64,000 bases of DNA from an uncultured bacterium (GTDB lineage Bacteria > JAGRBM01 > JAHCIT01): positions 587-64,586 of the forward strand of contig CAZUMS010000011.1 of assembly GCA_964621525.1 (NCBI GenBank). The letters run 5' to 3'. The notes below the pieces were generated by a model that was given only the letters and a program-made list of their open reading frames with translations, was not told the DNA's origin and made no database searches. Each line of letters opens with the position of its first letter. Position 1 is the stretch's first letter. Of this stretch, positions 19,199 to 27,585 are shown piece by piece. The position numbers were made by a program, and so were the translations under genes.

Positions 19199-19897
19199 AT
19201 GACTGTCGTCGAAATGACCGGCGTGGAAAAAATCTGGCGGACGCCTGGGGGCGCTCCGGACGCGGCCGTACGTATTCGAAGCTTCCGGCTCGAAGCCGGA
19301 GAAGAACTGGCTGTCCGAGGTCAGAGCGGATCGGGCAAGACGACGTTTCTCAACCTCATTGCCGGTATCCTGAAGCCCGACTGCGGCACCATCCGGGTGG
19401 CTGGGGCCGAGCTGTCGGCGATGACGGAGGCCGGACGCGACCGCCATCGTGCACTCCATGTGGGATACGTCTTCCAGTCGTTCAATCTGCTGCAGGGATA
19501 TACGGCGCTGGAAAACGTCCTGCTCAGCATGAGATTCGGCCGGGGGATGGATGAAGGCGAGGCCCGCCGCCTGCTGGACCGGGTGGGGCTTTCGGGACGG
19601 CTAGGGCACCGGCCCGGCGAAATGTCGGCCGGTCAGCAGCAGCGTGTCGCTATTGCCAGGGCGCTCGCAAACCGCCCCGATATTGTGCTTGCGGATGAAC
19701 CTACGGGCAATCTGGACGAAGAAAACTCGAAAGAAGCCCTCAGGCTTCTGCGGGAGGCCTGCCACGAATCGGGAGCCACCCTGCTGGTTGTCTCCCATGA
19801 CAGCGCGGCGCTGGACACCTTCTCCCGGACCGTGTCCTTCACGGAAATTGCCGGCGCCCGGACCGCTGGCCGTGAACCGGCAGAGGGCGGGCCGTGA
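19199..19897 (+). CDS. ABC transporter ATP-binding protein (LolD/MacB type)
   Basis: GQSGSGKTT, MSAGQQQRVAIARAL, LADEPTGNLD, SHD. Confidence 0.93.
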   Translation: MTVVEMTGVEKIWRTPGGAPDAAVRIRSFRLEAGEELAVRGQSGSGKTTFLNLIAGILKPDCGTIRVAGAELSAMTEAGRDRHRALHVGYVFQSFNLLQGYTALENVLLSMRFGRGMDEGEARRLLDRVGLSGRLGHRPGEMSAGQQQRVAIARALANRPDIVLADEPTGNLDEENSKEALRLLREACHESGATLLVVSHDSAALDTFSRTVSFTEIAGARTAGREPAEGGP

Positions 19898-21132
19898 ACA
19901 CGATCCTCCTTCTGGTCCGGCGCAGCCTCCGCCAGCATCTGGCAGCCACCGTCGTGACGGTGCTGTCCATCTCGCTTGCTTCCGGCCTTGCCATGTCGAT
20001 CTGGACGCTCGAAGCCAGGAGCCGGGCTGCATTTACCGGTGGGGGCGCGGGTTTCGATGCCGTTCTCGGCGCGCGGGGCAGCCAGCTTCAGCTCGTTCTG
20101 AATTCTGTGTTTCATCTGGAGACTTCTCCGGGGAATATCCCCTGGAGTCTGTACGATCAGGTGCGGCGCGATCCGCGCGTGGAACTGGCCGTGCCTTATG
20201 CTGTGGGGGACAACTTCCGGGGATTCCGGATTGTCGGCACCACGGAAGACATCTTCAGCCGGGTGCCTGGGCGCCGGTTTTCGGATGGCATCCCGTTCGA
20301 TCCCGGCCGTCAGGAGGCGGTGCTGGGAAGCACCGTGGCTGCAGCCACGGGACTAAACGTGGGAGATATTTTTCACCCGAGCCACGGCACGGTCGAGGGC
20401 GAGGGGCATGAGCACAAAGACGAGTACACGGTGACAGGAATCCTCGCACCGTCGAATACCCCCGATGACCGGGCGATCTGGATCCCGATTGAGGGCATCT
20501 TTCGCATGTCCGGCCATGTGCTCCGGGGGAGCGGTTCGATGTACGAACCGGATCCGGACGAGGATATTGCAGACGAACACAAGGAAGTGAGCGCCGTGCT
20601 CCTCAGGCTGAAAGATCCGGCGGCCGGGTTCGCCCTCGATCAGTCCATCAACAAAGACGGCCGGACCGCCACGCTCGCCTGGCCCGTGGGGCGGGTGATG
20701 GCGGAACTGTTCGACAAGCTGGGGTGGGTCAATCGCGTGCTGAAGCTCGTCGCCGTGCTCGTGGCCGTTGTGGCGGGATGCGCCGTTGCCGCTTCGCTTT
20801 ACGGTTCGCTTGAGGCCCGGCGACGGGAGTTTGCTATCCTGCGGGCGATCGGAGCTTCGAGGGCAACGGTCTTCGTTTCACTGGTGGCAGAATCGGCGAG
20901 TGTAGCGCTCCTTGGCAGCCTTGCGGGTTATGCCGTCTATCTGGCGATTCTGGGGATAACGGCAGGCATCGTCCGTTCGCAGACCGGCGTGGTGATCAGG
21001 CTGCTTGAGTTCCATCCGTCGCTGGTGCTTGTGCCTTTCGGCATGACCCTGTTGGGCGGGCTGACCGGGCTGCTCCCGGCCTGGCGCGCTTATCGTACGG
21101 ATGTGGCTTCGAATCTCGGACCGGTGGTCTGA
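19894..21132 (+). CDS. ABC transporter permease (FtsX/MacB type)
   Basis: GARGSQLQLVLNSVFH, His patch SHGTVEGEGHEHKD, RRREFAILRAIGA. Confidence 0.9.
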   Translation: MNTILLLVRRSLRQHLAATVVTVLSISLASGLAMSIWTLEARSRAAFTGGGAGFDAVLGARGSQLQLVLNSVFHLETSPGNIPWSLYDQVRRDPRVELAVPYAVGDNFRGFRIVGTTEDIFSRVPGRRFSDGIPFDPGRQEAVLGSTVAAATGLNVGDIFHPSHGTVEGEGHEHKDEYTVTGILAPSNTPDDRAIWIPIEGIFRMSGHVLRGSGSMYEPDPDEDIADEHKEVSAVLLRLKDPAAGFALDQSINKDGRTATLAWPVGRVMAELFDKLGWVNRVLKLVAVLVAVVAGCAVAASLYGSLEARRREFAILRAIGASRATVFVSLVAESASVALLGSLAGYAVYLAILGITAGIVRSQTGVVIRLLEFHPSLVLVPFGMTLLGGLTGLLPAWRAYRTDVASNLGPVV

Positions 21133-21177
21133 GGGCCTGTTCATCAGGCGGAGAGTAGTCAAAGCGAACGTCCGGCG

Positions 21178-21855
21178 ATGAAAGTAGACCCACTACCCAC
21201 CCGGCCCCGGCCGCTGCTTCGCAGAGCAGTCAGGTTCGTTGCGGCAATGGCCCTGGTTCTCTGGGCGGGGGCCTCGATGAATCCTTCACTGGCGGAGCGT
21301 GCGGCTGAGGAAACGCCGAGAACACCAGCAGTAAGGGGTCGGCCGTTCCGGACTCCGCAAAGTGCACCTGCTGCACCCGAAGGCCACCCAGTGACGAAGC
21401 AAAAAGGACCGAAAGAGATAGACGGCTATCTCTTCGCGCCGTTCGAATTCCTTGCGAGTTTCGACTACCGGCTGCCGGAGCCCGAACTTCCGGATTCGAA
21501 GCCAGTTAAACCGAAGCCGGCTCTGCCCGCTCCTTCGGTCATACCGCCGGAGATCCGCTCGCTCTCCGGAAAGAAAGTGGCGATCAAGGGGTTCATGATC
21601 CCGATCGAGGTGGACAGCCAGGGAGTGTCCCGGTTCGCTCTGGTAAGGAACCAGATGGCCTGCTGCTATGGTGTCACCCCGCAACCCAACGAATGGGTTT
21701 ATGTGGTGATGAGCCGGGGGAAGAAGACCGAGACGATCATGGATCAGTTGATAACGGCATTTGGCACCCTAAGGGTTAGCGATACAATTACCGAAGGGGG
21801 AATTAACAGCCTCTATCAGCTGGAATGCGAGCGGGTAAAGGGACCGATTGAATAA
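21178..21855 (+). CDS. DUF3299-family protein
   Basis: LSGKKVAIKGFMIP...FALV...ACCYGVTPQPNEWVYV. Confidence 0.8.
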   Translation: MKVDPLPTRPRPLLRRAVRFVAAMALVLWAGASMNPSLAERAAEETPRTPAVRGRPFRTPQSAPAAPEGHPVTKQKGPKEIDGYLFAPFEFLASFDYRLPEPELPDSKPVKPKPALPAPSVIPPEIRSLSGKKVAIKGFMIPIEVDSQGVSRFALVRNQMACCYGVTPQPNEWVYVVMSRGKKTETIMDQLITAFGTLRVSDTITEGGINSLYQLECERVKGPIE

Positions 21856-22031
21856 GGCCCATCAGGGTCTAAATTGCTGGAACCATAAGAAAACTAAACT
21901 TGTACACCGGGCTCGGGACACATGAATTTGGTTGACGCGTCGCGACGGAATTCAGTAGCCTTGTGACTGTAACGGGCGCGTTCGTAATTTGGTCAAGCGC
22001 CCGGCCGGAGGCCGGCCTTCAGCTGGTTACC

Positions 22032-22451
22032 ATGGATAATAACACGCAACCGAGCAGGATTCTCATCGTCGAAGACAACCCGATGATGCGTACCTTTTAC
22101 CAGATCGCGTTCAAGAACTATCCGGCCGAGCTGATCTTCGCCGCCGACGGGCAGAAGGGCTACGACCTTTCCCGCCAGGTGGAGCCCGCCATGATTATCA
22201 TGGACATCAACCTGCCGGGGATGGACGGGCTCGTCGTGACCAAGCTGATCCGTTCAGACGCAAAACTCGCACAGGTCCCGATTCTCGCCGTCACGGCCCG
22301 GCATAAAGACGATCCGGCGCTCCGTTCACACCTATTCAACGATATCCTTTTCAAGCCTGTGAAGGTCGACGACCTGCGGAACGTGGTGTCCCGTTTTCTG
22401 CCCGATATCGGCGATGAGGAAGAGCTCGAGGTCACTCCTCCGGCCCACTGA
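22032..22451 (+). CDS. Single-domain response regulator (DivK-like)
   Basis: ILIVEDN, IIMDINLPGMDG, PILAVTA, KP. Confidence 0.9.
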   Translation: MDNNTQPSRILIVEDNPMMRTFYQIAFKNYPAELIFAADGQKGYDLSRQVEPAMIIMDINLPGMDGLVVTKLIRSDAKLAQVPILAVTARHKDDPALRSHLFNDILFKPVKVDDLRNVVSRFLPDIGDEEELEVTPPAH

Positions 22452-22466
22452 GAGTATTTCCCGCTG

Positions 22467-22949
22467 TCAGCGGCTGAACTCTTCGACCTGGATGACATGA
22501 TCCAGGTTCGCGATCCTGAGCCCGTCCCGTGAATTCAGATAAAAGAAACGCTCGCCCCGGTTGAGGAAATCGAGCGTGCGGTCTTTGTCCGGCGGCATGT
22601 TGATGATGACCTGTCCGCGCACCTTGATTCCCCCGGTGAGCGAGACAACGAGTCCGCGCCGGTCTCCAAAATCCGTTCCCGTGTCACTGTCGCTGGCGAG
22701 ATCCGGTGCCGCCAGTTCGACCATCAGGATATGGGACTTGTTCAGCAGGGTGGTCTCGTTTTTCTCGGGGTTGAAGAACGGGATCATGGGTCCTTCTGCG
22801 TTCAGCACATCCTTCACCCGTTCATGCCCGTGATGGGCCGCCGATTCTGACGCAAGCCGGAACTCGCCTTTATAGGCGTGCCCGTCCGTCAGGCGGACGA
22901 GCACGGTCGCGGACAGCTTGGGAACGATCAGATCCTGATTCTTGCCCAT
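22467..22949 (-). CDS. Hypothetical protein made of two internal repeats
   Basis: Halves align: LTDG..KG..R..DVLN..PF..LN..HI and LTGG..RG..R..DFLN..FF..AN..HV. Confidence 0.75.
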   Translation of the reverse strand: MGKNQDLIVPKLSATVLVRLTDGHAYKGEFRLASESAAHHGHERVKDVLNAEGPMIPFFNPEKNETTLLNKSHILMVELAAPDLASDSDTGTDFGDRRGLVVSLTGGIKVRGQVIINMPPDKDRTLDFLNRGERFFYLNSRDGLRIANLDHVIQVEEFSR

Positions 22950-22982
22950 GATTCGAGTTCCATCCTGGCGCCGGGAATTACC

Positions 22983-23813
22983 TCAGGCGCAGGCACGGTG
23001 GGCCGTGGCACGGACCTGACGGCCTGCCGGTTTCAGGGTGAAGCGGGATTTGATCCCTTCGGAAGGTTCGGTGCCCGCGATCTCGAACAGGCGGTTCAGG
23101 TCGTGGATCACGACCGTACCTTTGGGGGTGCTGATCCAGCCTTCTGCACGCCAGGAGGACAGCATGCGGATTCCGGTCTCGACGGCACAACCGACAAGGT
23201 CAGCCATCTCCTGACAGGTGAAACTCTTGTCCGTCACCACGTTGCCGTTCACGTTACGGCCGTTCCACTCCACGAGACGGACCAGCACGCGGGCGATCCG
23301 GCGGTCGACGCCGAGGCCTGCCTGTACCTGCCAGTCGCTCGAGGACCGGAAGCGGCGCCCGAGTTCCTGAAGCAGGTTCCGCTGGAGTTCGGGATACTGG
23401 CCGGCGAGGGCGGAGAAGGTGCTTGCCGGGATAGCGATCAGTTCTGTCTGGTTGCCGGCGATGGCGGTGGTCGAGTGGACACCCATATCGGCGAACACCA
23501 CGGCTCCGACCGTATCGCCGGGGCGGAGAACATCGAACAGGACGCCGTGGCCGCCGGGCGTTTCACGGATGGTCCGCACCCATCCGGACTTCACAATGTA
23601 AAAGGCATTCGGCTGCTGTCCTTCGGTGAAGATCCGGTTCCCGCGGCGGAACGGAACTACGCGGGCGGTCTCGGCGAGCCGGGCGATGAGCGAACCCGGC
23701 AGGCTTTTCAGCATCGGCACCGTCCGGAGAAAGTCCTCCGCGGCGGCGGTCTGGCTGAACCGTACCTGAGGAGCGAACTTGACCGGGGTGATTGTGGCGG
23801 TGGCGAGCTGCAT
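22983..23813 (-). CDS. Crp/Fnr-family transcriptional regulator
   Basis: cNMP-type domain (IFTEGQQPNAFYIVKSGWV) and HTH (TCQEMADLVGCAVETGIRMLS); purine-rich SD before ATG 23813. Confidence 0.9.
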   Translation of the reverse strand: MQLATATITPVKFAPQVRFSQTAAAEDFLRTVPMLKSLPGSLIARLAETARVVPFRRGNRIFTEGQQPNAFYIVKSGWVRTIRETPGGHGVLFDVLRPGDTVGAVVFADMGVHSTTAIAGNQTELIAIPASTFSALAGQYPELQRNLLQELGRRFRSSSDWQVQAGLGVDRRIARVLVRLVEWNGRNVNGNVVTDKSFTCQEMADLVGCAVETGIRMLSSWRAEGWISTPKGTVVIHDLNRLFEIAGTEPSEGIKSRFTLKPAGRQVRATAHRACA

Positions 23814-24085
23814 GATGACTTCTCCCTCTTCTTGCTGTCTGCGTATGGAAAACCGTTGGTGAGGGGGAGTAGAGCAACAGCCGGGCCAACATGGACACCA
23901 GCAGATGGTGACCATGATCCAGGTCAGGATTTCCTTATGATTTCAGTCAGTTAAGCGGCCATGGTTTCTTGCTGCCGATCCGGGATCAAATGCCAGTGGT
24001 ATCTGAAGCGGCTCTCCGGCGGGGACTTTTTCCCGGAGGCGGGGAATTCCCCCCACCAAGGCACAGGAAGCGGGCGGCTTGGCTG

Positions 24086-25441
24086 CTAATGGATGGCCGG
24101 AAGTTCCATTACAAACCGGGCACCACGCCCCGGGGCATGGACAAGGCGCAGGTCTCCGCCGTGGTCGATGGCGACACGCCGGGCAACGGCCAGGCCGAGG
24201 CCTGTGCCCTGAGATTTTGTCGTGACGAACGGCTTGAAGATTTCCGCCTGAAGGTGCGGAGGAACACCGGGCCCCGAGTCCTCGATCTCGATAATCCCGG
24301 AACCCGTCTCGCTGTTTCTTGCCCGGACCTCGATTTTCCCGGTGCCGTTCATCGCCTGCGCAGCGTTCAGCATGAGGTTCAGGATGACTTCCGACACCAT
24401 GGCGGCATCGACGTTCAGCACAATATCATCGAGTTCCGGACAGATCTCGACCGACTTGAATGCGGGGTCGTTCGAAACCTGCCGCAGCACGCCGCCAATC
24501 AGATCTTTGGCGGGGATCCCGTTCCGGGCCGGCGTTCGCGGGCGTGCGAACACCAGCATGTCGCCGAGCCGCCGCGCCAGCGAATCGGCCCGGTTCACGA
24601 TTTCATGGCAGACCTGCCGTTCCCGGCTGGCTTCCGGAAAGCGGGTGGCAAGCACCTGGAGCGCACCGGAGATGCCGGCAAGCGGATTTTTCACTTCATG
24701 TGCGACGATGGCGGCCATCTCTCCCAGCCGGGCGAGACTTTCCTTCTCGTTCAGTTTTTCCTCGGCCAGCTTGCGTTCGGTGATGTCGTGCCGGATGGCC
24801 ATGAACTGGTAGATTTCGCTCGTATCGCTCCGGAAAGGGATGATCGTGGTGTCGACCCAGTAGATTGAGCCATCCTTCGCCCGGTTGCAGATCTGCCCAT
24901 GCCAGACTTTCCCGGACTGGATGGTTTCCCAGAGCTGCTGGAAAAAGGCCCCGGAGTGGCGGCCGGAATTGATGATCCGGTGGTCCTGCCCGAGCAGTTC
25001 TTCCCTCGAGTATTTCGAAATCCGGCAGAAGTTATCGTTGACGAAGGTGATTTTCCCGCGGGCATCGGTCGCGGCGACGATGGCCGCCTGGTTGAGGGCG
25101 AAGTTGAGGGCGGACAGTTCGCGGCTGCTGGCGGCGAGCGCCTGCTCCGCCCGGCCCCGTTCTTCGCGTTCGGTCGCCAGTTCCAGTGTGGCTGCCTCGC
25201 TCCGGGCGCTCGCTTCTTTTTCTATCGTGGATACCGCCGAAAGCTGGCGGCGGGCGATCCAGTAGACGATGAAGATGGAGACCGCGGCGAATATCCAGCC
25301 GCGGTACAGGAAGACTGCTTCCCTGAGCGCCGGGTCGGTAAACAAGAAAACCCGCGCCAGTTCTGTCAGCAGGATCCAGAGGAGGCTGACGACCGCATAC
25401 GAGGCCGCGATTCTCCAGGCAGGAGCGAATTTCCCGTTCAT
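24086..25441 (-). CDS. PAS-domain sensor histidine kinase
   Basis: PAS ITFVNDNFCRISKYSREELLGQDHR...YWVDTTIIP, AHEVKNPL, NLMLNAAQA, GTGLGL. Confidence 0.93.
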   Translation of the reverse strand: MNGKFAPAWRIAASYAVVSLLWILLTELARVFLFTDPALREAVFLYRGWIFAAVSIFIVYWIARRQLSAVSTIEKEASARSEAATLELATEREERGRAEQALAASSRELSALNFALNQAAIVAATDARGKITFVNDNFCRISKYSREELLGQDHRIINSGRHSGAFFQQLWETIQSGKVWHGQICNRAKDGSIYWVDTTIIPFRSDTSEIYQFMAIRHDITERKLAEEKLNEKESLARLGEMAAIVAHEVKNPLAGISGALQVLATRFPEASRERQVCHEIVNRADSLARRLGDMLVFARPRTPARNGIPAKDLIGGVLRQVSNDPAFKSVEICPELDDIVLNVDAAMVSEVILNLMLNAAQAMNGTGKIEVRARNSETGSGIIEIEDSGPGVPPHLQAEIFKPFVTTKSQGTGLGLAVARRVAIDHGGDLRLVHAPGRGARFVMELPAIH

Positions 25442-25617
25442 CGCCGGGTATTCTCCTCAGCTAGACGGGTGAATACTCCGGGAGCAGGTTCATTGTTTTT
25501 CATGGGAAGGGATGAGATATTGGCCCAGTCAGTGCAGTGGAGATGGGAGCAGTCCCGGATAGGCCTGTTCCAGCCGGGAAGTGGGGGATATTTCCCCCTG
25601 ACTGCGGGAATTTCCCC

Positions 25618-26004
25618 ATGTTCGATCAAAAAACACTTCTTCTCATAGTCGACGACGAGATGCTGATCCGCTGGTCGCTGGCCGAGCGTCTCGTTCAAGA
25701 AGGCTACGAAGTGATCGAAGCGGCCGACGGCCTCGCCGCCCGGAAGGAGTTCGCCAAGGGGCTGAACCGCCCGATGGTCATGCTTCTCGACATCAAGCTT
25801 CCTGATGCCGACGGTGTGGAGCTGCTTAAGGAGTTCCGGCGCCAGAAACCGGACTGCCGGGTCATCATGATTACCGCTCATGGTGCCGACGATCTGGCCA
25901 CCGAAGCCCATCGCGAAGGCGCTTACGCCTTCTGCAACAAGCCCTTCAAGATCGAGGATATCGTCGGTCTCGTGAACAGGGCGAATATCGACGTTCCCCG
26001 CTAG
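25618..26004 (+). CDS. Single-domain response regulator receiver
   Basis: IVDDEMLIRWSL, LLDIKLPDADG, ITAHG, KPF. Confidence 0.88.
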   Translation: MFDQKTLLLIVDDEMLIRWSLAERLVQEGYEVIEAADGLAARKEFAKGLNRPMVMLLDIKLPDADGVELLKEFRRQKPDCRVIMITAHGADDLATEAHREGAYAFCNKPFKIEDIVGLVNRANIDVPR

Positions 26005-26196
26005 GATAGCGGCCGTATTCACTGCACACCCCCTCCGGATTGCAGGCGGGACACTTCACGTCGACGCGAAACTTATATTAGTCTATTCTTATCGATGTTC
26101 TCCCGCAAGCGGAATTTTCGGTTTTACGCAGGACCGGCGAAAGCTGCCGATGCGGATGTGTCCGGAGAAAGCGGCTAAAAGCCTGATCGCGTACGC

Positions 26197-27579
26197 ATGG
26201 CAAGCCCCAGAATCATTATCGTCGACGACGAAGAGCTGATCCGGTGGTCGATCCGGGAGCGGCTGACGGCCGCCGGTTACGATATTGGAGAGGCTGGTAC
26301 CGGGGCCGCCGGCCTTGAGCTGGCCCGCAAGGGTGCCGACCTCGTGCTGCTCGATTTCCGCCTGCCGGACACGGACGGACTGACTCTGCTCGACCAGATC
26401 AAGGCGGCGGACCCCGACATCCTGGTCATCCTGATGACCGGACAGGGCAGCATCGAAATGGCCGTAAAGGCCATGAAACAGGGGGCCTTTCATTTTGTCC
26501 ATAAGCCGTTCGATCTCGACGAGCTGGAAAACCTCGTGGGCCGTGCACTGGAGACGACGAAGCTCCGGCGGGAGGTGAAGGCCCTGCGGGGGATGTCGGA
26601 GCACTTCGGTTTCGACCGGATCGTCGGCGAATCGCCGGCCATGAAATCGGTCAAGCAGCTTCTGGCCCGCATTGCCGCGAGCCCCGGTTCCACGGTGCTG
26701 CTGACGGGCGAGAGCGGAACGGGCAAGGACCTCGCTGCCAAAGCGGTCCATTACAACAGTGACCGTGCCGACGGCCCGTTCATGAATATCACCTGTTCAA
26801 CTATCGCCGAGACGCTGCTGGAGAGCGAGCTGTTCGGCCACGAGCGGGGCGCGTTCACCGACGCCAAGACCCAGAAGAAGGGCCTGCTCGAGCTTTCACA
26901 TGGCGGGTCGGTATTTCTGGACGAGATCGGCGAGATGTCGCTGGCCCTTCAGGCGAAGCTGCTCCGTTTCCTGGAAGACCGGACGCTGAAGCGCGTGGGC
27001 GGCAGCGTCGATATCAAGGTCGATGTGCGGGTGATTGCCGCCACGAACCGCAATCTCGAAGAAGCTGTTCAGAAGCGGGAGTTCCGCGAGGACCTCTACT
27101 ACCGGCTCCGGGTTCTGCCGGTCGCGATCCCGCCGCTGCGCGAGCGCAAGGGCGATATCCCGCTGCTGCTCGGCTACTACATCGACCGCTTCAATACAGA
27201 GTTCAAGCGGAATGTGAAGGGCGTGAACGCGGCGGCGCTCAAGGCGCTGGAAGCACACCTCTGGCCGGGCAATATCCGGGAGTTCCGCAATGCCGTCGAA
27301 CGGGCGATGCTGCTCTCCATGAGCAGCGAGCTCGGCCCCGACGATTTCCTGATGCTGGTCCCGTCCGGAAGCGCTGCCGCCGGGCCGGCTGCGGGGAACA
27401 GGCGGTTCCAGCTTCCTTCCGAGGGAATCAATTTTGAGGAATTCGAGCGCGATCTGGTCCGTCAGGCGCTCGCCGCAGCAAACGGCAACCAGACGAAAGC
27501 CGCCCAGCTTCTTGGCATGAACCGCGACCAGATCCGTTACCGGATGGAGAAGTTCGGGTTCGACAAGAAAGACGCCTGA
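26197..27579 (+). CDS. Sigma-54-dependent response regulator (NtrC family)
   Basis: Receiver; [45 protein letters not shown]; Fis HTH. Confidence 0.96.
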   Translation: MASPRIIIVDDEELIRWSIRERLTAAGYDIGEAGTGAAGLELARKGADLVLLDFRLPDTDGLTLLDQIKAADPDILVILMTGQGSIEMAVKAMKQGAFHFVHKPFDLDELENLVGRALETTKLRREVKALRGMSEHFGFDRIVGESPAMKSVKQLLARIAASPGSTVLLTGESGTGKDLAAKAVHYNSDRADGPFMNITCSTIAETLLESELFGHERGAFTDAKTQKKGLLELSHGGSVFLDEIGEMSLALQAKLLRFLEDRTLKRVGGSVDIKVDVRVIAATNRNLEEAVQKREFREDLYYRLRVLPVAIPPLRERKGDIPLLLGYYIDRFNTEFKRNVKGVNAAALKALEAHLWPGNIREFRNAVERAMLLSMSSELGPDDFLMLVPSGSAAAGPAAGNRRFQLPSEGINFEEFERDLVRQALAAANGNQTKAAQLLGMNRDQIRYRMEKFGFDKKDA

Positions 27580-27585
27580 CCGGAC

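Noticed and set aside
23814-23915. Cys-rich extension (CWCPCWPGCC) upstream of the Crp/Fnr gene as an FNR-type Fe-S ligand set
   Set aside because: Spacing does not match FNR C-x2-C-x5-C, and a good SD precedes ATG 23813, so the extension is probably untranslated.
25521-25536. TGGCCCAGTCAGTGCA as a sigma54 promoter
   Set aside because: GG and GC spacing is right but the flanks match poorly; such hits arise by chance in GC-rich DNA.
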